This document shows, piece by piece, positions 35,916 through 54,520 of a stretch of 64,000 nucleotides of DNA. Position 1 is the first letter of the stretch. Each line of letters begins with the position of its first letter. Position numbers and translations under genes: made by a program. Location: the NCBI RefSeq assembly GCF_009914755.1, contig NC_060947.1; one strand, written 5' to 3'. The DNA comes from the human T2T-CHM13v2.0 reference genome, Homo sapiens. The notes under the pieces were generated by a model. The model saw only the letters and a program-made list of their open reading frames with translations, made no database searches and was not told the origin of the DNA.

Positions 35916-36347
35916 TAGCAGCAGACAGTCCTTGGGTGTCAGACATGTCATTTGGCTTCCCATGTACGCCATTGATTATATAATAGGTTGGTGCCTTTAT
36001 TTTGTTTCTGGCATAAATTATAAAATATTTTTTAAAGTCATTTCAGGCTTTTATAAGACAATTGGAAATTTGAACACTGGATATTTGACATTAAAAATAT
36101 GTTAACTTTTTAGGTGTGATATTGGTATCTGGTCTTGTTTTTATAAAGGAGTGCTAGCTTTGAGAGGTATTTAAAAATATTTACACATGATATGAAATGA
36201 TGTGAGATTTGCTTCAAAATTATACACAGGGAGGGGAGTGAAAAGGACTGGGCATTTGTTGAAAATTCTTGAGGCTGTTGATGGGCACATGGGCTCATTA
36301 TACTATGCTCTGTACTTGGGTATGTGTTTGGAATTCTTCACGGTAAA

Positions 36348-36726
36348 TGTATGAGTCTGTTCTCATGTTGCTATAAAGAACTACCTGAAACTGGGTAATT
36401 TATGAAGAAAAGAGGTTTGATTGACTCACAGTTCTGCAGGCTGTACAAGAGGCATGGCTTGGGAGTCCTCAGGAAACTTACAATCATGGCAGAAGGGTGA
36501 AGGGGAAGTAAGCACGTCTTCACTTGATGGCAGGAGAGAGACAGCGAAGGGGAATGTGCTACAGACTTTTAAACAACCAGATCTCGTGGGAACTCACTAT
36601 CATGAGAACAGCAAGGGGAAAATCTGCCCCCATGATCCAATCACCTCCCACAAGGCCCCACCGCCAACACTCAGGATCACTATTCAACATGAGATTTGGG
36701 TGAGGGTGCAGAGCCAAACCGTATCA
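36348..36726 (-). mobile_element. THE1 (THE1D-like) solo LTR
   Basis: tgtatgagtctgttctcatgttgctataaagaactacc...cagagccaaaccgtatca. Confidence 0.88.
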
Positions 36727-36923
36727 ATGAAGTTTTAAAAACACTTGTTTTCATCATCTTATTGTTTCTGCACAAATAAAGTCTTTCACTAATTTTTAGG
36801 GAGCTTTTAACCAAGAACCAGTACAACTAGATAAGTAGCAGGGAGTTTTATGAAACTGTTACCACTTCTATAGAACAGAGCGATTAAGTGGTGCTAAAGT
36901 GAGTCAGAGGTGTCAGAGTGTGA

Positions 36924-37489
<566 letters not shown>

Positions 37490-39896
37490 TGAAAGAAAAA
37501 ACCCTGGAAGTTTATGCCAATGTCTACCTCATAGCTTCCTCTTTGCTTTGTCCCTTTTAGACACAGTTTTGACCCTGAGCCACAGTCCCCTCCTTTTTCT
37601 TCCCTCTTCTTGTACTCACAGCTTTATCTTTAGTCTTTCTCCTGCGCTTATTAACTATATTATACCCATTATTGCACTGTGAACAAAGTTTACTGCTTCC
37701 CTTACTTAATCATTCCTGCCACTCACTTAGCATAATTAAAGCTTGGAGTTCCTGGTGAAGCCCTATACAATAACAGTCACTTCTTGTGCCCTTTTGTGAC
37801 TCAAAATCCCTCTTCCCCCAACACACACATACACATACACATGCACACACACACGCATGGACATGTACACACATACAAATCCCACCTCCACACTCATGGG
37901 GTAAGCAGGAAGGACTGGCATGCTCCCCATTCCCCACGCCTCTCTCAAACCATGGTTTTTCATCTCTCAACAGCATCCTCCCTTAAGGAAAAAAACAGTG
38001 GAGGTGGTTTCAGATTCCGAAAGTGTATAACCCTCTAAAGCAGCAGCCACATAATCAACTTTCTGACATCCTTCATTCCCTTCATAAACGATGCATACCG
38101 ATACCCACAGCACACTAAATACTCTTGGCTTATGTGTGTTTTCTGGAATGCTTTTGTACTTCTGCTTCCACCTGGTGAGGTGCATGCTTACTAAGGGTCA
38201 CTTATTTGTACCCAAGCCCTTGGTGTAAGTTATACTGACTGTTGTGACTATATAATTTATTTAAATGTTATGTAAACTGAAGAAATATGCATACAAGAAA
38301 GAGACTTATTTCTGTTAAAACCAAGTTGAATGCTTTGGAAGGACTCTTAAAAATGTTATGAAATTACTGTGAGTAAGAAAACGATTAGATTACAGGGCAG
38401 CACGGAGTAAAAATCTTACCTGGAATTTATACCCAGGTTGCTTCACAAGTATCTTTAAGTTTATTATACTTTAAAGAAATAGGAATTGGAATTCATAGAT
38501 GTAAGTGATATTGTTCATCCAAGAAAGACGAACTGGAACCCCAAACTGATCCACATTCAAAGGAAAGGCCTTATATGAATATACTGACAGATAAATAAAT
38601 TGTATGTTCAAATGTGCATTTTAAGTTAATGTTTACGATAGTAATCACATTTTACGGTTTCCCACTTTACCCAACATTTTTGTTAATCATCCAACTCCTT
38701 TTCCCAGTTGGGATAGTTAAGAAGACTAATGCCATTTTCCCAAAATAATAAAAGTGCTCATCGAAGAAAGTTTAGAAAATATGGGAAAAGAGAGAAGAGA
38801 ATAAAAATTACCTGTTTTCATAATTTAGTGAGAACGTTGTTTTATACATTTGAACTCATATCAGATTTATAGATAGGTGTGTAGCTGCAAATATTGTGTC
38901 TAATCTTTGTCTCCGTGAAATCCATAGTATTTTTGAATTTCTCTATCTCCAGCACTAATGCCCATCACACACACCCTTCCTGGCTGAATTTGATACCCCA
39001 TGGTAGAAGCCTCTATCCTGCTGTCTGCGTCAGTATTTTGGAGTTCTTCCTGTGTCTAATCTGTGATACTCATTATCTGTATATTTAAATGGTCTTTCCA
39101 GCCAAGTGTGCATAACCTTTATTCTGCAGTGGGGGATTGGCCTTACATCAGTTACTTTTTCTACCCTGGCAAATGGGCTAGGCAACCTAGAAGGAAACCT
39201 GCAGGCCTCTCTTTTCCTTGTAGACCAAAGCAGATGTCTCCAGTCGACTGTCTGCTTCATTTCCTATGGACCCTCCTCTTAATTTTTTGAGCATCAAATG
39301 CTTATGCAGAAGCTCTTTCTACCTCCAAGTAAGACTGAGAGAGAATAAAGAAGGCACAGAGCGCCAAAGGTTGAAAGGCCTGAAATTTCTTCTGTGTCTT
39401 CTAGCTGAAAGGCACTGGAGTCTCCATCCCCAAATGCCCCAGGAGCAACCATCAGAAGGTCTCAAGAGGCCCAGGCCTCACCAGCTCTTCTTACCAATCC
39501 CTGCCAAGTGTTGCCAAGGAAGGGAAGAAATGGATGTCAGCCTCTTTTGACTCTTAGTGAAGTCTTACTGTTGCCTTCCTCTTTTTAGAGTAGTTGGTAT
39601 TTTCACCCTGGCTTTGTACCTTCTTCCACTATCCTCTGAGATTTCTTAGTTAATCTTCTAACTCAGAATCTCTATAGCTAATCTTTTATTTCCTTCCTTT
39701 TGTTTTAAGCAGTTGGATGTTACGAGAGTAAGGGCTCCAGGTTTTAATGACAGCCCTACTAATGATTTTCTTAGCTGTGAGAATCCTACATGGTTTAAGC
39801 ATAGTCAGATGTCCAGCCCAAATGACCCTGTGTGGGCGTCTGTGTGTGAGCCTCTTTGTGTGCACACATGTGTGTTTTATAGGTTTAATAAGTGTT

Positions 39897-40224
<328 letters not shown>

Positions 40225-40896
40225 TTAAGCCCACTCCCATCCTTAGATCTCTTGAGACAGATTACAGAAAACTCCCATGTAGAAGAGTAGAGACAATATT
40301 TTTATTTTTGACTAGACAGTTGTATCAACATATAAAAGTGGGGTGCATCTTGCGTAGCATTAATTGAATGTGCAGAACACTGAAACATGCCTCCTTGCTG
40401 CTTATTTAGCACCTTAGTATCTACCTTTACACATCTACAAATTATAGACCCCAGGTAGTGAATGCTAGAATTAGTGTTGTAAAGCAGGTCCTATTATCCT
40501 TTGGGAGGTGCCTTCCACTGTGACCCTTTTCCCTCCTTTCTTTGTAAGAAGCTAGGAAATAAAATGGAAAATCCTGCTGTAAGATCATTTTGAAAGTATA
40601 AACTTAAATACTTGGTGTAAAAATCGATTCTCACAGCGATGCTAAGTTGCCTGTGTTGTTCTTACATGCTATTACTGCTTAATATAATAGCACACAAGTG
40701 GTATCCTCAGAGCGCGTGGCATTATTCTGGTTCAGAAATAATGTCTTGTGCTCTCACTTTGGGCTCTTCAGGTTACAAGTAACAGAGACCCACTCACGCT
40801 AGCTCAAGAAAGATTTATCAAAAGAACCTGGTAGGTCCCATGATAATCCAAGGACAGGAAGCACTTTATAGTTGGAGCTATAGAAATTGGAATTAT

Positions 40897-41258
<362 letters not shown>

Positions 41259-41330
41259 CTAGTCCTTCACAGATCATGATAATTTTCAATGTACCATTTT
41301 GGCTTCTGCCCTGCCTGATCACCCCAACTG

Positions 41331-41466
41331 TCTTGATCCTAAATTCTCAAAAGATGCATTTAATTAACTCAGCTTATCTTTTTTTGCCCACGATCTTGAT
41401 TCTGAATTCCCAAAAGATGAATTTAATTAACTCAGCTTATCTTTTTTTTTCTTTCCCCCTACGATC
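41331..41466. repeat. 63-bp tandem duplication
   Basis: tcttgat.ct.aattc.caaaagatg.atttaattaactcagcttatctttt at 41331 and 41394. Confidence 0.9.
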
Positions 41467-41689
41467 ACAAGTTTTAGGATTCTGATCAATCTGGAGATTG
41501 GATATTCTGCTCCCACTCCCACTTGCCCAGTCTGCTGTGGTTTGGAGCGTGAGGTGTGGGGGCCTACTCCTTTAAAAAATCTCCATTGGATCCCACTTGG
41601 GATGGGTTTGGGGTAGGAAGGATGATGATAGACATGCCTTATTAGAATTGCTTTGAGACTTGAAAGGGTTCCTAAAAGGCAGCATATCA

Positions 41690-42195
41690 ATTCCAGAAGG
41701 TGGGGTGCGGGCCAGTGTTGTCTCTGTGGGTTCTACCATGGTGCACTGTGGCCAGGGCCAAAAAGTGCAGAAGGTGAATATAGCCCATCAACCTTACCTT
41801 CATCTTCAGATACTTGCAAAATAGATCTCGGATTCAGGTATGGCTCTATGAGCAAGTGAATATGCTGATAGAGGGCCGTGTCATTGGTTTTGACGAGTCT
41901 GTGAACCTCATATCAGATGATGCAGAAGCGATTCATTGTGAAACAAAGCCAAGAAAACCCCTGGGCCAGATCGTGCTAAAGGAGATCATATTCTGCCACA
42001 AAATGTCTCTAACCAGAAATGATCAAGGAAGTGAGACACTATTGAGAACTTGTTTTTTTAGGTGTCATTTGTTGGGAGTATAGTTCTAAAATGCCTGTTC
42101 AGATTGTTTCCATTATCTGTATATATTATTACCAGATGACAGTAAATGCTGTGGGATTGTTTTTATTAAAAAATAAAATAAAAACAATTAAAAAC
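41690..42195 (+). pseudogene. Processed pseudogene of SNRPE (Sm protein E)
   Basis: ATG at 41738 (..GQGQKVQKV), then [48 protein letters not shown], matching SNRPE. Intronless, with frameshifts, former stop now CAG (42014-16), 3'UTR, ATTAAA and a degenerate A-tail; weak TSD aaaaggcagcatatca / aaaaacagcccatca. Confidence 0.93.
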
Positions 42196-44639
42196 AGCCC
42201 ATCAGCACTTTTCTAATGTTTTCTGGTCATTTACATTTACCTTTTTGTGACACTGGCTTCTTAAACTTCAGCTTTATGATTTTCTGTATTCTGTTAGACT
42301 CAAAGTTAGGGACCTTGGCACCTTCCTTTTAATTTTTTCAGCACTCACTCAAATTCATCCTAGTCCAGCCTCTCATATTTTTTGTCTCAAATGATTGCAT
42401 GCATTCAAGATAGAGGCTAATATTTGATAGCAGAGTTCTGTGGTGAATTTTGAATAGGAAAATCTGATGAAACAACCTCCATTATCTGTTCAATTTTCCT
42501 GTGTGCTATTTCTTAAAACGGATTCATGGCTAGTTTGGTTCTGTTGGGCTGATTGCTGTGTGAACCTTCACCCTGTTCTCAGCCTTTTAAAATTTTAGTC
42601 TAATGCATTTACAGTTTAGATATTTTAACCTGGGGAAGTATGTATGAGCCACACCTGCAGTTTTGTTAATTACTTTATAATCAGTACCTTAAAACCCTTG
42701 AAAACAGATTCCTAAAAGAAGGCATGTCACTTATATTCAGTGGCAATAATAATTCTCTAATATTTTCTTCTAAAGATTGATGGTAAATATTGGCCCCAGT
42801 ATGCACATAAAAGTAATTTGGCAGTTATCTTTTTTGAAATTTTGATTTCTAATTTAAAAAATAGAAAAGTTTGATTAGAAAGCTTATTATAAGTAGAATT
42901 TGCATTTTACTCTAAATGTAAATTACAAGCCATGAGTTGAATTTTGGTTTTGATGGCGATTTTTTAAAGCTTTTTCATTTTTATGTTAAATTATTTTACT
43001 TAAACAGAAATGTCCTGTTTGAGTATATAAGTGCTGTTACCCCAGAACCTCATAATCATTCATATCCTGGGAGAGATGAGTGGCAGAATTAGCGTGACTC
43101 AGACTTGATTTTCCAGGGAAGTGGCCTAGCTTCTCTTCCGAATTACCTGCTAAGTTTTAAGAATGTGGACTCTCAGGCCTCAACATAGAGCTACTGCCTC
43201 GGAATTTCCAGGGGTTCCTTTCATAATCTGTACTCTTTCTTTTAAATTTGGTAACGAATCCCACACACAGCTAGATTGGGGAATGAGTCTAGGCCTCTAG
43301 TTCCCAGTCTCACCAAAAGGAACACCTCCCGTCAGTGTAATTTACTGCATGTTGAGAACTTAATCATGGGTCAGAGGATCGTTCCATTTAACAAATGCTA
43401 AGTGTGTATTGTGTCCAAGGCATTGCAACATGCATTGTGTCCAAGGAATTTACAAAGATGCATAGTATATATGTAATACCATTAATGCCCTCAAAATACT
43501 TTTGGCTAGCTGGTGTATGTGAGTCTACATTGTGATGACTTGAGTTCTTCAAGGATCATCATGCAATTCTTAATTATAACGTTGATACACTGTAAGTTGT
43601 AGTGATGCTTTAAAAATTCTTATTCGCACGTGGTTTTAGGAGCTGTACTGGGTCTTTGTGTTTCGAGTTGGCTGCTTCTGTCTAGGCTTGGTCTTTCACA
43701 TGTTAAATTTGTGTAGCACATTTTCTTAACAACGCTGTCATAATCATGCTACTGGGCAAGCGAATTCCATGAGGAATTAGCACATTTAGTGGGTTTAGGT
43801 TATTTTTGTTTTGTAGTGAATGGAAGAGCACTGTTTAAACATCTTTATTACATACCTGGAGGAGTTGTTTTGTGAAGATGTGTTGGCTTTGTGTATCGAT
43901 AATGAATGATCGTTTTTAGGTTTCAGTGCTTGTGATCTTGGAAGTTTGTGTTCAGCTTTGTGCTTTCACGTCACTAGGTGGAGATGTAGCATTGTTTGGC
44001 GGCATAGGCTAAGCAAGAGGAGTGAGTCTTGATTTCTCTTCTTTTGACAAAAGTACTTTACAGATATTTGATAAGGTTTATTATAGCCTAGGAAAACACT
44101 TGTAAATTTAGTACAATTCAAAATTTTTAACTTTTTTTTCAGGATTGAAGTTCAATCCTACTTAAGTGTCTATTTTCATACTGATCAACTCTTTTAAACA
44201 TTTTTTTTCTCCTCTTACTGCTGTTTCCTTTTTGCTGTCCCTCATTATTTCACCTTGTCTGAGTTATTTTAATGTCTCTATCTTTGGTTCTTTATAGAGA
44301 TTTAATTCTAAAAGTTTAGTAAAGGAATCAGAATTCTTACTCTGAGGTCAAATAATAGATAATTAATTTGGTAGCAATATGAAGTCAATGAACTAAAATT
44401 TATAGTCTGAACATACCCTAATCTTATCTTTGTATTATTTTAGGTTAATAATGTCAATTTTTAACATTAACATTCTGTAGGGCTTACTTTTCCCCCTTTG
44501 CTTCCTTCCTTCTTTCTCTCACCTCTTGAATATTAAACAAGCACAGTATTTACTTTGCACGGTATTGATGTGGGGAATATAAAGGAAATAAGAGCCTGTC
44601 TTCAAAGAGCTGATAATCCTGTTGAGAACATTCCAAATG

Positions 44640-45935
<1,296 letters not shown>

Positions 45936-46467
45936 TGACTTCAGATTGTTTACAGTTCGAGAGAAAAGGCATATATGCAATGTCCAATGTCTTGTAATGC
46001 ACCTTTGCTTTCTGAATCTGCTCCCCATCTTTGAATCTCCTGAATTCTGTCTTCCGGCTGTTTCTGTAATGGCTCTTATCTTCTTACCATATGTCTTTTA
46101 TTTTATCCTTTAAAAAGCGGACTGTTGCTCCTCAGACTTTGATAAATATCAGCCCCAGCCTGTTACCTTTAACTAACTCAAAGGACCTTTTAAAGTGATA
46201 GTGGCATCTCCAGTAACTTAAATTGTGTGGCTCATGGAAATCTATTCATTCAGCAAATACTTACTGAGGTTTCACTTACAAATAACTCTGGCAAATCACA
46301 AGACTGTTGGCATTATTATTTTTAAGATCATGACAAATATTCTTTTGCTACAATTTAGTCAGGTTGCATGGTGCTTAGAACGTATAGTCTTGAGTTCCTA
46401 AATTTTCATGAAAAATATATTTTGGTAATAGTATAAGTTAAACAAGTACGTGTTTGGTATAGAGCTA

Positions 46468-47046
<579 letters not shown>

Positions 47047-47167
47047 TCATGGTAATTCTATTAAAGCCACAAAAGGGTATTTTGTAAAAGGTTGTAGTTG
47101 ATTAATTCTACATCCATCCGTTTAGACAGTTTATCTTATGTACCTATAGATATATACATGCACATGT

Positions 47168-47168
<1 letters not shown>

Positions 47169-47202
<34 letters not shown>
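47169..47202. repeat. (CA)17 microsatellite upstream of exon 6
   Basis: Direct reading. Confidence 0.95.
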
Positions 47203-47206
<4 letters not shown>

Positions 47207-47255
47207 TGTGCCTATGTTATTAGTACAGCAGCTAAACTTTTTCCTTTTCTTGCAG

Positions 47256-47333
47256 ATGCATATGAAACAGCCAAGATGCTGTGTGAACAGTATTACCTGG
47301 TAGCTCCAGAGCTGGAAGTTGAAGAATTCAATG
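47256..47333 (+). CDS. PDK3: PDK3 exon 6
   Basis: ttgcag|AT GCA TAT...AAT G|gtaaaa; DAYETAKMLCEQYYLVAPELEVEEFN; 78 nt. Confidence 0.97.
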
Positions 47334-47688
47334 GTAAAAGAAAACTAATTTTAACCTTACATTCAAAAAAGCTGACTAAGAAGCTGTTTATACCTAAGCC
47401 ATATTTCAGTGAGCTCCAAAAATTATACTGATTTTTCATTTTCTTATATCTTTTTAAAACTTTCTACGCTTTTGGTCAACCAGATATATTATTGTAAGGA
47501 GTTTTTGTACAGGAATGTGTAATGTGTTAGACCCCAGAATTCTTGGAACAGAAGTAATCAAGGTAGAGTATGTAGAAAGGTATAAATAGGCCCTTCTCAA
47601 AGTAACAAATGCAAGCAGTCGATCAACATATGGAAAAGTGTTTAACTTCACTAATCAAGGAAGTGCAAACAAAAACACAGACAAATGC

Positions 47689-47993
47689 CTTTTTTTTTTT
47701 TTTTTTTTTTGAGAAGGAGTCTCGTTCTGTTGCCCGGGTTGGAGTACAGTGGTGTGATCCCAGCTCACTGCAGCCTCTGCCTTCCAGGTTCAAGTGATTC
47801 TCCTGTCTCAGCCTCCTGAGTAGCTGGGATTACAGGTGCCCCCCACCATGCCCAGCTAATTTTTGTATTTTTAGTAGAGACGAGGTTTCACCATGTTGGC
47901 CAGGCTGGTTTCGAACTCATGACCTCAGGTGATCCACCCGCCTCAGCCTCCCAAAGTGCTGGGATTACAGGCGTGAGCCACCGTGCCCAGCCA
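47689..47993 (-). mobile_element. Alu (AluS)
   Basis: TSD aaatgcc. Confidence 0.95.
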
Positions 47994-48202
47994 AAAATGC
48001 CATTTTTGTCTTTCAAAATGACAGTGATTAAAACATTTTAATGCTTTGAATTTGTGCCCATAAAAATACTTTCTCACCAGCACATACATTTCTTGTATAA
48101 GCTAAAAGTGGTATTCCCTTTCTAAAAAATGCCAGCAATGTTCTTTCTATTTGGCCCAGTAAATAAGTTAATAATGGTCATATTCTTTGGTCCAGTAAAT
48201 TA

Positions 48203-48532
<330 letters not shown>

Positions 48533-49174
48533 CTATGAAAATAGAGATGCACAGATTTATGTACAAGATTGATGATCACAGTAGTTTTCTTATAAAGTTA
48601 GAAAACAACCCAAATTTTCCACAATAGAGCATTGTTTAACTGAATTGTGGTACACCCATTAGATAGAATACTATGCAGCCCTTTGAAATAATGCTTTAAA
48701 CGAATAACGTATGGGAAAAATTGAGATTTTTAAAAAAATACAGGCTACAAAAGTTTATAGTAGTGGAGTTCATTGGAAAATATTTTGAAGGATTTATACT
48801 ACCAAAATACAAATAGCAGCTCTCTGGGTAATGGGGTTACAGATGATTTTTACGTTCATCATATGATTACATATTTATTTGCACATTCCTTTTTTTATTT
48901 GCAAATTATGGAAGAGACATGCTTATCACAAAAATACAGATACAGAAATGTGACTGAAAAGGGAAATCCCCCACAACTTTCTCAGTCCCATATAGAGCTT
49001 TGGTTTTTGCATAAAGCATGTATAGCTTTAACCCTATTTATAACGTGGTTTTCACTTCACCTTGAAGACCTTTGCAAGTATTAATCTCATTTAGAGATTA
49101 TCCATAGTGTAGCTTACCATAATTTATTTAACTGTTTTCCTATGGGTATACATTTAGGATTTCCTGTTTTCCTA

Positions 49175-49623
<449 letters not shown>

Positions 49624-50873
49624 GATAAACCAAATTCCCCCTCAGGAGTACACTAAAAATGTATTTCTCTTATAATGAGATAAAACTGTGAAAGGAGTTC
49701 AGGCTGCTGTTGAAGGACATGGCCCCTCCATTTGACTAGAAGGCATGGAGTCAAAGCTGCTTTCAAGGTCTCTTGGGTTCTCTGAGAAGAGTCATGTCCC
49801 CATTGAATAAATATACTACCAGGACCGAGTGGGCTTGTCTGGAGTGTTCCTGATGAGAACCATCTTAATATTCTTTCTCTCTCTTCCTATGGACTAGGCA
49901 GGAGCTGATCTCACATCTGCAGGTAGTAACAAATTGCTCTTTTGCGTGAGTGGCAGCCTCCCTCATTCTAAAGGCCAAAGCAGCAGGCCTGTTCTTGCTG
50001 ATTCCCAAGTGCCAGCCATGTCAGCACATTCTGTCCCCGCTGAGGCTGTCATGCTGGGCAGCTCACCCACCAGGAGAGGAGCTTTCCGACTCTTTTTGGC
50101 ATTGTCTCACGAATTACAGAAGCCCCCTTTCGATCATGTTTTGAAGCCCCTTGTCCTATCACTAAGATAAATGAATGCTGGTGTTTCTAGGTAGCTTCTA
50201 GCTTTATGTTGCTTTGGGTAGTGTAGTGATTATTTTTATGTATAAGTTCTTAATGCTAGAGCTCTCTGTGAGCATGATTAAGGAATGTGCTTTCGCCTTA
50301 ACAAGTTCTATGTTGGAGATGCAGGTTGGAGGTTGATCCTGAACACCTTAAGTGGATGCTTTTTTATTCTGGAAGGAGAACTGTCTGGAAATAAAATTCC
50401 TTATATCTAATGGTATTTCTTAAATGCTGTTTCAACTAATGGCATTTGGAGCAATGACTGTACAAAATAGAGACTTCATTATTTCTGAAGTCTTGAGCAT
50501 GACAAACCTAGGCCATTTTTAAATTGACTTTTAAAAATGTACCCTTAGATGGAAAATTCATATTCTACTTATTTTATAAGTCAGCAAACATCTATTAAGC
50601 ATCTGCTACTTAACAGCCAGCCTCGAGACCCAGAACTAGGAAAGAGTCATGGACAAAAGCATTTGACATGGTTTTAAAAGGAAGGAAAGAAATCTAAACT
50701 GTAATGTTCCCAAAGAAAAGTGCAGGTAATTGAGCAAGCCTTTAGATGGCTCCTAGAGAATGTTGTTTAAACTGAAAAAATAAAAATAAAAAAACCCACT
50801 ATATAAAAGGTGTTTGCCTTTTCTTGAGATTTGGGGTGAAAAGGTTGAATTCATAAGGCTGTTTATATAACTA

Positions 50874-51688
<815 letters not shown>

Positions 51689-52635
51689 GGCATGAATCCC
51701 AACTTTTGAAAGAGGGTCACTAGATGGAAGTATGCTGATTGGTGGGACAGAGCAGAAGCAGCCACAGGGGAGGAGGCTGCAGCAGAGGTGGCAACTGGTT
51801 TGCCGAAGATTGTCCTGGAGGGACTCTGGGGGCAGGGCCAGGTGGTGCAATGGACTGGAATGGGAAGGGAAGGCAGAGGGTAGGGTTAACTGAAAGCTGG
51901 TCTAAGAAAGAGCATGGAGGGATGACGGGAGGCAGCTGTACTCTGGCCGGGTTCAGCCTGCCAACAGGCAACTAAGTATTTTGTTCGAGAACAACCTAGG
52001 AAGAATTAGGGCTTTTCATGTGAGTGTTGTTACCCTACAGCAAAGCCCTGTTCGTTTAAGCATTTGGGGGCCTCTCTGCTCAGAGGCCCGTTTACTACCT
52101 GCTCATCCTCAAGCCAAGTTGAAAAGTCTTGACCAGTCCAGAGAGCTCTAAGTCAGGCTTCCCACTTAATGGAGAGCCCCAGGGGGATATGAACGCCAGC
52201 TCCCTCATACAGTGAATCCGGTTCTTCATTCTCAAACAAGAATATTGCAACCAAGATGGATCAGACCTTCAGCAAAAGCCAGCAGCAAGAACCAAACCTA
52301 ACTGGCATTAAACTTATCAGCTCTACTGTTACTGCCAGAAACCCCCCTTTTGAAATTCTGAGAGAAAATCATTTCAAACCTAGAATTCTCTATCTAGCCA
52401 AACCTTTAATCAAATAGATCAGAGGTGTAAAGATTGACAGATGTGTCTCCCATGCATCCCTTTCTGAGGTAGGTTACCTGACTGCCTTGATGTTATGTAT
52501 AATATGCATCTAAGAAAGGGGAAAACATTCTAGAACTTCAATCAAAAACAACTTTAGGATGATGGCTATGCAGCATGTTTGCAAAGCAATTGATTCTAAT
52601 TTGAAAAATCTTGAAGAATGGACTGGATACCATGC

Positions 52636-52708
52636 AGTAGGTATGGAAGCTGGAAGTAGGTATGGAAGCTGGAAGTAGGTATGGAAACTGGAAGTAGGTA
52701 TGGAAGCT
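52636..52708. repeat. 19-bp minisatellite (AGTAGGTATGGAAGCTGGA) x ~3.8
   Basis: Units at 52636, 52655, 52674, 52693. Confidence 0.92.
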
Positions 52709-53198
52709 TCCAGTAAGCTGGAAGATCTTAGCGAAATGGCATGGACCAACTATGAAGCAACCCAAAAAGGGTAGCATGATGTTGACCAGTTGGAGGAGTA
52801 TAAAGAAACTCCATTTCATGTTAAGGCTGGGAACATTCTCCTCCAAGGGACACATGAATCATTGTTATTGCATTAATAGGGAAGAAAATGTCTAGGTACA
52901 CTGTTGTGGTTGTTCTACAGTGATCAATATTTACATAGTTATAATGTCACCAACACTTGATTTTCTACTTTCTTGAAAGAACCTATAGGCAATTTACAGC
53001 ATCCCTAATTTGGGTTACAGAACAGAATGTAAATATTACCAACCCAAAGACTACAGCAGAAGTAGTAAAGAGTGGCTGCCTCTGGGTTCAGACTGAAGGA
53101 TAAGATAGGAAAGGGGGAAGGACTTTTGTTTTTCTTCTTTTGTTAAATTTTTAAGCCGTTTACATATATTACTAAGTGATTTTAAAAACAACTGCTCA

Positions 53199-53595
<397 letters not shown>

Positions 53596-54219
53596 TCACA
53601 CAGGCTTCCCAAAGCCTGTTTCCAGACCTCTAAACACCACCACCCCTCTAGGAGCCAGGAAGTGTTGTCAGGAGGAGTCAATTGAATAATGTATGTGAAA
53701 GCTCTGTGTAGACTGCTAAGAATCAAGCAAATGTGAACTCTAATTTGTATTACTGTTAATTACTTTATTAGAGGAAGTAGCTGGTTGAAATTACAGCATT
53801 CTACCTGAGAGAGTTCATGTAGTTTCAATCTCTTAAGTGATTTTGGGTCATGAGGAGGAGGAAGGACTGTATTTTTGAGCATCTGCTCTGTACCGCACAC
53901 TGTTCTTATTGCTTCACCTGGGTTTTGGTGTTTCTCAGATTGTCTTCAGATGACCCATGGTGCAAGGGGAAAAGATCATAGGTCTCTAGGGGTTTATGTG
54001 CTAGCTGCTTGAGAAAAAGTTATGTGAACCTTACATTCTATGCTATAAGATGCCTTGTTTGTCATAATTTAACAAAACTGAACACTGCCATTTAGTCCAG
54101 TTCACCAGCCCTTTTTTTTCCTGTTGCTCCACATTCTCCCGTGGAATTCCCCCTGGGGTCAGTGGCAGAAGGTAGCCCCCAATTTGAAAAACACCAAGTG
54201 ATATCTGACTGGCCTTCTG

Positions 54220-54380
54220 TAATACTCAGGATGTTATGGCATAGGTGATAATATTCCAATTCTGCTCAACAAAGTTTCAAAGAGATTGAGTGATTTATCC
54301 AAGGTCACATAGCTGGTAAGTGAAGGAACTGGGTGTCACCCCAGGTTTGTTTGATTCTAAAGCATATGCTTTTGCTCAGC
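54220..54380 (-). mobile_element. MIR
   Basis: agagattgagtgatttatccaaggtcacatagctggtaagtg. Confidence 0.6.
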
Positions 54381-54520
54381 CCTGCCTTTAGAGGTGGAAA
54401 CTCAAATTAGCCTTTTATAGAGCTCTGTTTTACACACTTGGAAAATAGAATGCAAACATCATTCTTGAATTTCTCCTACTTTGGGTCCTTATTGATTGAT
54501 GGTTTTGTCTCTGTTTTCAG

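Noticed and set aside
38190-38720. Possible ancient Tigger transposase remnant
   Set aside because: Resemblance too weak to assign by eye; needs a Dfam search.
41814-42083. 89-aa ORF resembling Sm-E as a functional retrogene
   Set aside because: It starts at TTG inside the SNRPE frame; the real ATG is out of frame and the C-terminus is frameshifted, so it is a pseudogene.
43530-43565. GTGATGA C-box-like motif with a short hairpin
   Set aside because: No properly spaced D box or terminal stem, so no support for a snoRNA or miRNA.
52636-52708. Short direct repeats as a CRISPR-like array
   Set aside because: Units are contiguous with no spacers, in a eukaryotic context with no cas genes.
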